A stretch of 32,000 nucleotides of DNA from Vibrio vulnificus CMCP6. GTDB taxonomy: Bacteria; Pseudomonadota; Gammaproteobacteria; Enterobacterales; Vibrionaceae. Position numbers and translations under genes: made by a program. Below, piece by piece: positions 1 through 9,295 of the stretch (within the stretch, counting starts at the first letter, position 1; the number at the start of each line of letters is the position of its first letter). The stretch spans positions 1,500,001 through 1,532,000 of the forward strand of contig NC_004459.3 of assembly GCF_000039765.1 (NCBI RefSeq), read 5' to 3'. A model generated the notes under the pieces. It ran no database searches, was not told the origin of the DNA, and was given only the letters and a program-made list of their open reading frames with translations.

Positions 1-1
1 A

Positions 2-916
2 AGCCGCGAGTCAAACTTTGCCATTGTGCGAGATTCGGGGCGTTTTCGTGTCAGTGCCTTCTACCAACGAGAGCTTCCTGGTGCGGTGATTCGCCGCATT
101 GAAACCAACATTCCAACCTTTGAGGAACTTAAGCTGCCTCATGTTTTGCAAGACTTAGCGATTGCCAAACGTGGATTGGTGCTGGTGGTGGGCGCGACGG
201 GCTCTGGTAAATCGACCACCATGGCTGCGATGACGGGATATCGAAATACCCACCGTAGTGGACACATTTTGACGGTGGAAGATCCGATTGAATTTGTCCA
301 CGAACATAAACGCTGTATTGTCACCCAGCGTGAAGTCGGTTTGGATACGGAAAGCTATGAAGTCGCACTAAAGAACTCGCTGCGTCAAGCGCCAGATATG
401 ATTCTAATTGGTGAGATTCGCAGTCGGGAAACCATGGAATACGCCATGACCTTTGCTGAAACGGGTCACTTGTGTATGGCGACACTGCATGCCAATAACG
501 CCAACCAAGCACTGGAGCGCATCTTACACTTGGTGCCTAAAGAACAAAAAGAGCAGTTTTTGTTTGACCTTTCCATGAACTTAAAAGGGGTAGTTGGTCA
601 GCAGTTGATTCGTGATAAAAATGGTAAAGGTCGTCACGGTGTGTTCGAGGTGTTACTTAACAGTCCGCGCGTGTCGGATTTGATCCGTCGTGGCGATTTG
701 CATGAGCTGAAAATGACTATGGCGAAGTCGAAAGAAGTCGGTATGCAGACCTTTGACCAATCACTCTATACATTAGTAGTGGAAGGCAAAATCAGCGAAG
801 AAGACGCCATGCACAGTGCCGATTCCGCCAACGATTTACGTTTGATGCTGAAGACGCAGCGAGGTGATATTAGTTCCCCCGGCTCATTGGCGAACGTGAA
901 GATTGATATGGATTAG
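2..916 (+). CDS. pilU: PilT/PilU-family type IV pilus retraction ATPase, probably PilU; 5' end lies outside the window
   Basis: The open frame continues to the window edge (SRESNFAIVRDSGRF...). Walker A GATGSGKST, VEDPIEF, IGEIRSRETMEYAMTFAETGHLCMATLHANN. Long C-terminus without a PilT-like ending. Confidence 0.88.
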   Translation, partial: SRESNFAIVRDSGRFRVSAFYQRELPGAVIRRIETNIPTFEELKLPHVLQDLAIAKRGLVLVVGATGSGKSTTMAAMTGYRNTHRSGHILTVEDPIEFVHEHKRCIVTQREVGLDTESYEVALKNSLRQAPDMILIGEIRSRETMEYAMTFAETGHLCMATLHANNANQALERILHLVPKEQKEQFLFDLSMNLKGVVGQQLIRDKNGKGRHGVFEVLLNSPRVSDLIRRGDLHELKMTMAKSKEVGMQTFDQSLYTLVVEGKISEEDAMHSADSANDLRLMLKTQRGDISSPGSLANVKIDMD

Positions 917-941
917 TTCGACAGTGCTAAAACACCATGAA

Positions 942-970
942 AAAACGAGAGACTAGAAGTCTCTCGTTTT
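942..970 (+). terminator. Bidirectional Rho-independent terminator between pilU and ruvX
   Basis: Inverted repeat aaaacgagagac...gtctctcgtttt between convergent genes. Confidence 0.8.
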
Positions 971-1008
971 GTGTTTAGGGAGTGCGAAGGTGAAGAGTCT
1001 TCTGTGAG

Positions 1009-1431
1009 TTAGCCCCACTGAGCTTCAAACCAACTCTCTAAAATAATCACCGCAGATTGGCAATCAACATTACCTTTGCTCAAAGCTTTGTAACCGCCCA
1101 TAGAGAACAGCTCAGAACGCGCTTCTGTAGTCGATAGGCGTTCATCATGCAATTCAACCGGAAGACCAAAGCGCCCTTGTAGGCGCTGAGCAAACTTCTT
1201 CGCGCGTGGGGTAATGGTTTCTAAGGCCTTGCCGTGCAAATCTGTCGGCAGTCCCACCACCAATAAATTGGGTTGCCACTCTTTGATTTGCTTTTCAATC
1301 TCATCCCAATTTGGAATGCCGTCATTGGCTTTGAAAGCCTTCAGTGGTGATGCGGTGCCAGTAATTTCTTGGCCGATGGCACTACCAATGCTTTTGGTGC
1401 CAAAATCGAATGCCATGATGGTGCGAGACAT
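1009..1431 (-). CDS. ruvX: RuvX/YqgF-family RNase H-like nuclease (pre-16S rRNA nuclease)
   Basis: 140 aa; [30 protein letters not shown] motifs; next to yqgE. Confidence 0.93.
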   Translation of the reverse strand: MSRTIMAFDFGTKSIGSAIGQEITGTASPLKAFKANDGIPNWDEIEKQIKEWQPNLLVVGLPTDLHGKALETITPRAKKFAQRLQGRFGLPVELHDERLSTTEARSELFSMGGYKALSKGNVDCQSAVIILESWFEAQWG

Positions 1432-1452
1432 AAATAACCTAAGTCAAACGGG

Positions 1453-2016
1453 TTAAGCGTGACCAGCTTGATCGGAAAGCTGAGACGCGTGAATTCCAAG
1501 CATTTGCACGGCTTTTTGCCAGCGCATTGCTATCGGTGTGTCAAAAATAATATCAGGATTGGCTTCAACCGTGAGCCACGAGTTTTCCGCTAATTCGGCT
1601 TCGAGTTGTCCAGCACTCCAGCCTGAGTAACCGAGTGCGACGATGTAGCTGCTTGGTTCCGCTTCTGTGCCAAGCACAGTCAAAATGTCCTTTGAGGTCG
1701 TAACGGAGATCTGCTCGGTCATTTGTAAGCTCGACTCATAGAAATCTTTCGGTCTATGGAGAATGAAGCCGCGATCTTCAGCGACTGGCCCGCCATTGTA
1801 GACTGGCTTGGTCAGACTTGAGGTGTTCAACTGAGGATGAACAGGCTGGACATCGACTTGCTCGAGCATTTTGCCCACGGTGATATCAATAGGCGCGTTG
1901 ATCATTAAGCCCATTGCGCCTTCTTCATTATGTTCACAGATATAGATGACGCTGTGCTGAAAGTAGGGATCTTTCATACCCGGCATCGCAACCAGAAAAT
2001 GATTTGTCAGGTTCAT
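1453..2016 (-). CDS. yqgE: YqgE/AlgH family protein (UPF0301)
   Basis: [42 protein letters not shown] is typical of the family. Start set at MNLTNHF (2016) instead of the upstream 2064 start. Confidence 0.92.
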
Positions 2017-2070
2017 ACAGGACTCCAATCTGTTACAGCAGAGCCATCGCTGGCTCTGCAACACTCATGT

Positions 2071-3024
2071 TTAAGCTTGAGCTTGTAAACGACGTTCAAT
2101 CGCGTCCATTAGTTTACCGGTAATCGAGATATCGAAGGCAGCTTCAATTTCGCGAATACAGGTTGGACTGGTGACGTTAATTTCCGTCAGTTTATCGCCT
2201 ATCACATCCAAGCCAACAAAAATAAGCCCTTTTTCTTTTAATGTTGGAGCCACTGCGTTTGCAATTTTTAGGTCGGTTTCGCTCAGTGGTCGAGGTTCAC
2301 CGCTGCCGCCAGCAGCCAAGTTACCACGAGTTTCCCCTTTAGCAGGAATACGTGCTAAGCAATAGGGCATCGGTTCGCCATCCACCACCAGAATCCGTTT
2401 GTCACCGTTGCTGATATCAGGCACGAAAGTTTGCGCCATTGCGTAATTTTGGCCATGGTTGGTCAGTGTTTCGATGATCACTGAAACGTTAGGATCATTC
2501 TCTTTCACACGGAAAATCGAAGCACCACCCATACCATCCAGCGGTTTTAAAATGATGTCGCCATGCTCTTGGCGAAACGCTTTAATTTTCTCTGCTTTGC
2601 GCGTCACGATCGTGGTTGGCGTTAGTTCTGGGAACCAAGCGGTAAAGAGTTTTTCATTGCAATCGCGCAAGCTTTGAGGCTTGTTGACGATCAAGGTGCC
2701 TTGCTCTTCCGCACGCTCTAAAATGTAGGTCGCGTAGATGTACTCCGTATCAAATGGAGGATCCTTACGCATCAAGACCGCATCCAGTTCCGCCAACTCG
2801 ATGGTTTGTTCTGATGTGAACTCATACCAACCATTAGGATCTTCTTTCAGTTGCACCACTTTGGTGTCAGCAATAGCAATGCCTTGATCTAAGTGTAGAT
2901 CATTCATCTCCATATAATGGATTTCCCAACCGCGACGTTGAGCTTCTAGCATCATGGCGAAGCTAGAATCTTTTTTAATGTTAATGGACGAAATTGGATC
3001 CATTACGATGCCGAGTTTGATCAT
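2071..3024 (-). CDS. gshB: Glutathione synthetase
   Basis: MIKLGIVMDPI...DGMGGASIFR...DVIGDKLTEINVTSPTC; ATP-grasp protein; synteny with yqgE/rsmE. Confidence 0.96.
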   Translation of the reverse strand: MIKLGIVMDPISSINIKKDSSFAMMLEAQRRGWEIHYMEMNDLHLDQGIAIADTKVVQLKEDPNGWYEFTSEQTIELAELDAVLMRKDPPFDTEYIYATYILERAEEQGTLIVNKPQSLRDCNEKLFTAWFPELTPTTIVTRKAEKIKAFRQEHGDIILKPLDGMGGASIFRVKENDPNVSVIIETLTNHGQNYAMAQTFVPDISNGDKRILVVDGEPMPYCLARIPAKGETRGNLAAGGSGEPRPLSETDLKIANAVAPTLKEKGLIFVGLDVIGDKLTEINVTSPTCIREIEAAFDISITGKLMDAIERRLQAQA

Positions 3025-3038
3025 CACTGTTCTCCGTG

Positions 3039-3770
3039 TTATCCCAGATCGCCGAAACGAACCTGTAAGGCAGTAATTGCCGTTAACGCTGCCGTTTCTG
3101 TGCGCAATACACGTGGTCCTAGCAGTGTTTCTTCAAATTGATATTGTTGTGTCATGTCGATCTCTTCAGAAGAGAGACCGCCCTCAGGACCAATCAGCAA
3201 GCGTACTTTTGTGACAGGCTCTGGCAGGGTATTGATGGAGTATTTTGCGCGTGGGTGTAGATTGAGTTTAAGTCCATCGTACTCTTCTGCACACCAAGCT
3301 TCTAAAGACATGATTGGGCGAATTTCAGGAATGGTATTACGGCCACACTGCTCACACGCGCTGATCGCGATTTTTTGCCACTGGGCCAGTTTTTTCTCGA
3401 AACGTTTTTCATCTAGCTTCACACCACAACGATCAGAAATCAGCGGAGTAATGGTATTCACCCCCAACTCTACCGATTTTTGGATAGTGAACTCCATTTT
3501 TTCACCGCGGGAGATGACCTGCCCAAGATGAAGATCGAGCGGGGACTCACTGCTACGTTCAACCCTTTCACTGAGTTCTACCATCACACTCTTCTTACCC
3601 ACTTCACTGATCACGGCGGGAAACTCAGCGCCACTGCCGTCAAAGAGCAAGACTTCTTGGCCTTCTTTCATGCGTAACACACGCCCGATATGGCCAGCAG
3701 CGTCATCACTAAGTGCAATAACGCCAAGGTGTTGAATGGTTTCTGGATGATAAATTCGAGGGATACGCAT
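3039..3770 (-). CDS. rsmE: 16S rRNA (uracil1498-N3)-methyltransferase RsmE
   Basis: [10 protein letters not shown]; C-terminal SPOUT motifs [14 protein letters not shown] and [11 protein letters not shown]. Confidence 0.94.
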   Translation of the reverse strand: MRIPRIYHPETIQHLGVIALSDDAAGHIGRVLRMKEGQEVLLFDGSGAEFPAVISEVGKKSVMVELSERVERSSESPLDLHLGQVISRGEKMEFTIQKSVELGVNTITPLISDRCGVKLDEKRFEKKLAQWQKIAISACEQCGRNTIPEIRPIMSLEAWCAEEYDGLKLNLHPRAKYSINTLPEPVTKVRLLIGPEGGLSSEEIDMTQQYQFEETLLGPRVLRTETAALTAITALQVRFGDLG

Positions 3771-4007
3771 GGTATTTCAAGTTCCTGACTACGCGAATAT
3801 TTAGAGACTAACATGGATGCTGCGAGGGTAAAAAACAAGTCAGTTAAGTAATTTAAGCGTGAGTTCATAATTTAAGGAGGATTTGATTGTAATTCATTCT
3901 TGGTGTGAATACTTTCTTTCGTTCTTGATGCTTTAGCTTTTGCGAATTTACTCAATGGCTTAGGTGGTTTAAGAGATAAACAATAATGAAAAATAATGGA
4001 AAGTGTT

Positions 4008-5342
4008 ATGAATAAGACCAAACTGGCAATGGTTTGTGCATTGCTAACAACGATGGCTGGGTGTAACTCAGGATCATCTTCTGATGGCCCTGGTGAGCTT
4101 GGTAGCCCTAACATCAAAGGGGATCCTTCACTGGATAAAATTTATTCCTACCAAGAGAGTGATTTATCCACCACGGCCATCGAGTGTGCCAAGATTTACA
4201 AACAAAATCTGTCTTGCTCGTTGGAAAAAATACGCCCAATCGGTGCTAATCGAACCGAGGATATTACCCTTGAAGAGATTCAAAGTAGGCTGCTCGTATC
4301 ACATCAATGGATGGCAGAAAGCTTTATCGCAGCACTTAAAGCGATAAATGATCAAGATTTGCTGAATTTGTTCAAACCACTGAACACGATAGTCCTGAGT
4401 TATGACATCCGTCCTTCTTTTTATCATTCACGGACTGCATCAATGTACATTGATGCTCGCTACCTTTGGCGAGATTACTCCGATTGGAGAACGATTCATC
4501 AACAAGACGATTATCGTAAGGAGTTCGCTCGAGAGTTTACGTACGAAAATGCGTCTCGCTATGTCTATGGCCAGACACTTAACTACGTAACAGTCTCCAA
4601 TCAGTATGATTCGAAGCGAAATAGCACTCGCAGTGCAGAGAAGATTGCCCCCGGCCTATTTAGGCTGTTGGCGCATGAACTGGCACATGCCAATGATTTG
4701 CTTCCACCCAACGACCTACTTCAGCTCGCTAGCCGTGGCACTATCCTTAATGAGATTGAAGATGCCAATCACATCTACTCTCAGCTTAGCTCCGCACACG
4801 GTTTAACGTCGCAACTGCTTCTTGAGGCGGCTGCGACATCGTTTCATGGTAAACCGATGACGGACCTAGTGAGAAATTCAACGGGAGAGCAGGCTGGGGG
4901 AGAATTTGAAACAGACGGTGCCGCTGCCTTTTATGGCTATTCGACCGAGCGAGAAGATGTCGCAACGTTGTTTGAAAGCTATATGATGCACAAAAAATAT
5001 GGCGCTATTGATGAAGTGGCCTTTGTAAGCGTTCCCCAAACTGAAGCATACACCTGCGATGACTGGAAAATACTTTGGGGACAAAGAGATCGTTTATCCG
5101 ATAAAAATGTACGCAGTAGAGCACTGTTTGTTGCTCAGCAAATTCTCGATCAAACGCCTCAAGTAATCGAGGAGAATTTGCCTCCTGTTTCCTCAGTGCC
5201 AACGGCGATGCCAATAGGAAAAGGGTGGTGTGAGACTCTAGGGGCTAATTATGATAGTGCCGCAGGTGCTCGTTTTGCTGCTCCGTATTCTAAAGCAGGA
5301 GAGCGCTTTGGTTACCTAGAAGATATCGGTGCTAAAGAGTGA
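4008..5342 (+). CDS. Putative zinc metallopeptidase-like lipoprotein of unknown function
   Basis: Lipoprotein-type signal MNKTKLAMVCALLTTMAGC; HELAH (HExxH) encoded at 4674-4688 in context LFRLLAHELAHANDLLP; downstream REDVATLFE at about 4950-4976 could supply a third metal ligand. In-frame ATG alternatives at 3996 and 4008. Confidence 0.7.
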   Translation: MNKTKLAMVCALLTTMAGCNSGSSSDGPGELGSPNIKGDPSLDKIYSYQESDLSTTAIECAKIYKQNLSCSLEKIRPIGANRTEDITLEEIQSRLLVSHQWMAESFIAALKAINDQDLLNLFKPLNTIVLSYDIRPSFYHSRTASMYIDARYLWRDYSDWRTIHQQDDYRKEFAREFTYENASRYVYGQTLNYVTVSNQYDSKRNSTRSAEKIAPGLFRLLAHELAHANDLLPPNDLLQLASRGTILNEIEDANHIYSQLSSAHGLTSQLLLEAAATSFHGKPMTDLVRNSTGEQAGGEFETDGAAAFYGYSTEREDVATLFESYMMHKKYGAIDEVAFVSVPQTEAYTCDDWKILWGQRDRLSDKNVRSRALFVAQQILDQTPQVIEENLPPVSSVPTAMPIGKGWCETLGANYDSAAGARFAAPYSKAGERFGYLEDIGAKE

Positions 5343-5361
5343 TCATTTGCTCGTAACATAT

Positions 5362-5383
5362 ATCCCAGCCAAAGAGCTGGGAT
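5362..5383 (-). terminator. Terminator-like hairpin between the convergent lipoprotein gene and endA
   Basis: atcccagc-caaaga-gctgggat followed by atttttat on the + strand. The T-run favours terminating the + strand gene, and the stem may also act on the - strand. Confidence 0.6.
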
Positions 5384-5387
5384 ATTT

Positions 5388-6083
5388 TTATCTCACGGTA
5401 CAGGATTGCTGCACAAACGGATTATGATTGCCTTGAATCTTGGCAATGCGATCATCTCTTGTGCACTCCCATTCATCAACGGGGTATGATTTGTTCCAAG
5501 CCTGCATCAGTTGCTGTTGTTGCTTGGAAAGCTGAAAGCCATACTCTTGACTCATGTAGAGATAGGTTCGAGCAATAGACCCACGAGCTCTGTCTGGCGG
5601 CATGACTTTACGTTGTTTGAAGTTGACCTGCATTTCACAGCGCCCATAACTGACACCATCCATGCCATTCCACTGACTGAAGTTGAAGTTTGAACGATCG
5701 CCATTGACTTCACCGATCGCTGGCGTGAGGTTGTGTAAGTCTGCTTCCATCAAGCGAAACTGTTGATCATTTTTACTGCAGTTTTTGCGCCCACCTTTTT
5801 GCCAGCATTGACGCTGGTGGCCAAATTGCCAAGCAGGGACGACATGTTCCCATTCTATACGCGATGCGCGAGTTTGCTGTTTGCGTACTTGGTAACCACA
5901 TGTCTCCAAGTTAGGAATGCCTTTCTTGCCTTGCCATTCAATGTCGCAGCCACAGTAAAAGCTAATGGGATGATCTTGGTAGATCTTCACCGCCTGTTGT
6001 TTGGCGGCAGAGAAGGAGCTAGGTGGCGCGGCCTGGATCGCAAAGGCAGTGAACGAGGCAATAAAAATGAATAATCGCTTCAT
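5388..6083 (-). CDS. endA: Endonuclease I (periplasmic/extracellular deoxyribonuclease)
   Basis: Signal peptide [18 protein letters not shown]; [20 protein letters not shown]; [21 protein letters not shown]. Confidence 0.95.
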   Translation of the reverse strand: MKRLFIFIASFTAFAIQAAPPSSFSAAKQQAVKIYQDHPISFYCGCDIEWQGKKGIPNLETCGYQVRKQQTRASRIEWEHVVPAWQFGHQRQCWQKGGRKNCSKNDQQFRLMEADLHNLTPAIGEVNGDRSNFNFSQWNGMDGVSYGRCEMQVNFKQRKVMPPDRARGSIARTYLYMSQEYGFQLSKQQQQLMQAWNKSYPVDEWECTRDDRIAKIQGNHNPFVQQSCTVR

Positions 6084-6185
6084 GCTAAAAGTCTTTAAAA
6101 AGTATGACTTTTAGCATTCTAACACGCGTATTTTATTCAATGTAATAAGTAAGTTAATAATAGCAACAGGGGGGGGAGTGCCAAG

Positions 6186-6692
6186 CTATGAGAGTTGGAT
6201 GCCGGTGAAGATCAAGGTTTGTCGGCACTTTTGGCAGGTATAGCTTGCCTCATTACGCAGAACTTTGTTGTGGCGACGGATGGTTAGCGGAAACTCGCGA
6301 CATTGGCAGCGATATTGGAAGGTTTTTCCTTGCACGGAAGCGACAGCAAATTGATGTGTCGTGTTGGCGGGCAAGAGAAAAACTCCTTGCATGATGGATT
6401 GCCATTCTGCGCCATGAGGTTTAACTCGGCCATATAACTGATAAGTGAGCAAGTGAGCCACTTCATGAGGAATCACTTCTTCCAAGAAAGCCGTTTTGTT
6501 CTCTTTGAACAAAATCGGGTTAAGACGAATTTGATTGAGTTGCAGATACGCCTTACCCGCCGCTTTGCCTCTCAATTGATAGCTAAGAAGTGGCATTGGA
6601 AATTGGCGCTGAAAGTAGCGGTTGGCTTTATCGATACAAGCGTGCAGTGCTTTTTGGGCTTGGTAGTGCAGCTCAAACTCGATCTTTTTCAT
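6186..6692 (-). CDS. sprT: SprT-family zinc metallopeptidase-like protein
   Basis: [26 protein letters not shown] (HExxH) and C-terminal CQC...CQKC zinc-ribbon; start chosen at MKKIEFELH. Confidence 0.9.
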   Translation of the reverse strand: MKKIEFELHYQAQKALHACIDKANRYFQRQFPMPLLSYQLRGKAAGKAYLQLNQIRLNPILFKENKTAFLEEVIPHEVAHLLTYQLYGRVKPHGAEWQSIMQGVFLLPANTTHQFAVASVQGKTFQYRCQCREFPLTIRRHNKVLRNEASYTCQKCRQTLIFTGIQLS

Positions 6693-6765
6693 CAAAAATT
6701 TGCCCTCATGGTGTGATGAGGGCAAATAATAGCATTATCTGTTGATGCTTCTAGGGGCAAAGACC

Positions 6766-7560
6766 CTAGTGGTGTTTTTTCTTGATGGTTTCATGGTAGG
6801 CGTGCCAAGTGGCGTAGCCAAGTATCGGCATGGTGAAGAGCATACCAATGCCATAAGTGGCAAAGCCAATTAGAATGCCGCCACAAATAATGGCTGCCCA
6901 AACAATCATTGTCGGAATGTTGGACTTCACGGCATTAAAGCTGCTGAAAACCGCTGTCATCATATCGACTCGGCGTTCCATCATCATCGGAATCGAAAAC
7001 GCAGAAATGCTAAAGACGATACTGGCCAAGACGAAACCAACGAGTGAACCAATCACTAAGAAAGGAAGAAACTCTGTGAGTGGTGCTCCTTGCACAGAAG
7101 GGTAGAGGGCATGGAGTAAAGCGGCAATGCGCATCCAGAAAATCATGCACACCGCTAACAGCACCGCAAAGGCCCATTGAGAAGAAGAGTTGCGGCCAAT
7201 GGCTTTCATTGAGTGGAGTAGGCTGGCGCTATGGCCGCGTTCTCTTTCCCAACTGGCATCATACAAACCAAGCGCAAGAAATGGGCCGATGAGCATGTAT
7301 ACCACCAAGCTGGGCATTACCACCAAATGAGTCCCTTGCCACTCAACCAGCAACACAATACCTATGGCGGCAGCCATGAAGCATAAGCCATAAAAGGCGC
7401 TGATAAGTGGCATTCGAATGAAGTCATGCAAGCCAAGTGCTAGCCAGTGAAACGGGGCGGACACACTGAGTTGGTTACATGGAATAGTGCGAGCGTATTC
7501 GTGATCGGGAACGTCCTTTCGTTTTTGCTCCAGATCCGACGGGTCTACGGTACGAGGCAT
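6766..7560 (-). CDS. Multi-pass membrane protein, DUF2189-like
   Basis: 264 aa with several hydrophobic segments; CNQLSVSAPFHWLALGLHDFIRMPLISAFYGLCF resembles DUF2189 proteins as recalled. Confidence 0.7.
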   Translation of the reverse strand: MPRTVDPSDLEQKRKDVPDHEYARTIPCNQLSVSAPFHWLALGLHDFIRMPLISAFYGLCFMAAAIGIVLLVEWQGTHLVVMPSLVVYMLIGPFLALGLYDASWERERGHSASLLHSMKAIGRNSSSQWAFAVLLAVCMIFWMRIAALLHALYPSVQGAPLTEFLPFLVIGSLVGFVLASIVFSISAFSIPMMMERRVDMMTAVFSSFNAVKSNIPTMIVWAAIICGGILIGFATYGIGMLFTMPILGYATWHAYHETIKKKHH

Positions 7561-7761
7561 AGCTCCTCCTTGATCGATTCACTGTCAGACTGACGTTGAC
7601 TGTCAGTAGGTTTCAGGTGCGGGGCAAGATCTCTTTTATTACCTTTAGCATCTGTTTTGTTGTCGTTAAGATGAGAGATAAATCTCATTTAACATTTATT
7701 TAACTATCGTTGGAGTTAGTTAAAAATACAAATGCCGTGGCGAATTTTTCGTCGCACAAAT

Positions 7762-7796
7762 GAAAAAGCCTTCGCATTGAGCGAAGGCTTTAGAGA
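7762..7796 (-). terminator. Rho-independent terminator of metK
   Basis: - strand reads taaagccttcgctcaatgcgaaggctttttc. Confidence 0.8.
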
Positions 7797-7812
7797 ATGA
7801 GGTGAGGTTATC

Positions 7813-8967
7813 TTACTTGATACCAGCAAACTCACGCAGTAGTGCTGCTTTGTCAGTCGCTTCCCATGGGAACTCTTCGCGACCGAAGTGACCGTATGCT
7901 GCGGTCTTCTTGTAGATTGGCTGAAGTAGATTCAGCATCTCTTGTAGACCGTATGGACGTAGGTCGAAGAACTGACGTACCGCTTCAATGATGATGTCGT
8001 GTGATACTTTCTCAGTACCGAATGTTTCCACCATGATAGAGGTTGGATCAGCAACACCGATTGCGTAAGACAGTTGGATTTCACAGCGATCTGCCATACC
8101 CGCCGCGACGATGTTTTTCGCTACGTAACGTGCTGCGTAAGCAGCTGAACGGTCTACTTTCGATGGATCTTTACCAGAGAAAGCACCACCACCGTGACGA
8201 GCTGCGCCGCCGTAGGTATCAACGATGATCTTACGACCAGTCAAACCACAGTCACCCATTGGACCACCGATAACGAAACGGCCAGTTGGGTTGATGAAGT
8301 ATTTTGTTTCTTTGTTTAGCCATTCAGAAGGAAGAACTGGCTTGATGATCTCTTCCATAACCGCTTCGCGAAGATCCGGTGTGGAAATAGAATCGCAGTG
8401 CTGAGTTGAAAGAACAACCGCATCAATACCAACAATTTTGCCTTGCTCGTATTGGAAAGTAACCTGTGATTTTGCATCAGGACGCAACCATGGCAGTGTG
8501 CCATCTTTACGAACTTTCGCTTGACGCTCCATCAAACGGTGAGCGTAAGTGATTGGTGCTGGCATAAGAACTTCAGTTTCGTTACATGCGTAACCGAACA
8601 TGATGCCTTGGTCGCCCGCGCCTTGCTCTTTAGGATCGGCTTTATCAACACCTTGGTTGATGTCTGGAGACTGTTTACCGATAGTGTTCAGTACTGCACA
8701 TGAGTTTGCATCGAAACCCATATCTGAATGTACATAACCAATTTCACGCACCGTTTCACGAGTTAACTCTTCGATATCAACCCATGCTGAAGTGGTGATT
8801 TCACCACCAACCATTACCATGCCGGTTTTTACGTACGTTTCACATGCAACACGCGCTTTTGGGTCTTGTTCAAGAATCGCATCAAGAACCGCATCAGAAA
8901 TCTGGTCTGCAATTTTATCTGGATGACCTTCTGAAACCGACTCAGAAGTAAACAGGTGCTTAGCCAT
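7813..8967 (-). CDS. metK: S-adenosylmethionine synthase
   Basis: [60 protein letters not shown]. Confidence 0.98.
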
Positions 8968-9041
8968 GAGAGCTCCACTTTTTTAATCTATTCTGCTGTG
9001 AGAATGCATGCTCCAGCAGTAGGAAATACAATAATGTTTGT

Positions 9042-9065
9042 AGGTGTTTCTACATCTAGACGTCT
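9042..9065 (-). promoter_or_regulatory. Putative MetJ operator (tandem met boxes) upstream of metK
   Basis: Perfect AGACGTCT at 9058-9065, the known 8-bp MetJ box. The two adjacent upstream octamers, ctacatct and aggtgttt, each match 5/8. Located about 90 bp upstream of the metK start. Confidence 0.65.
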
Positions 9066-9295
9066 ATTCTAGTTTTGAATGCTCGAATTACAAGCTCTTT
9101 TTTATTATTAGCGAAAACCAAACGTTTGCTTAATTGAGCGAGAAAATGTTTTTTTCTCAGCGAAATGACATTAAGTCGCTTACATTTCCACAAATTCTTC
9201 AGGTAAATCGTTTGCAGTCGAGAGATTGCTTTGCGAAAATAATCGCCACTCGATTTTCTATGTTATCAATTCGCTTAATGCACTCAGGAGCAGAC

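Noticed and set aside
139-512. Antisense ORFs inside pilU (139-324, 321-512)
   Set aside because: They lie wholly opposite a strongly conserved ATPase frame, lack recognisable domains and are likely shadow ORFs.
6751-6780. ctaggg...ccctag hairpin followed by a T-run at the end of the DUF2189-like gene
   Set aside because: The T-run is on the + strand, where no gene ends. On the - strand it encodes the terminal KKKHH-stop codons, so it is not a supported terminator for the - strand genes.
9134-9295. Possible N-terminal extension of transketolase
   Set aside because: Known transketolases begin at the [19 protein letters not shown] equivalent; ATG 9296 has a nearby Shine-Dalgarno-like caggag. 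The extension has no conserved features.
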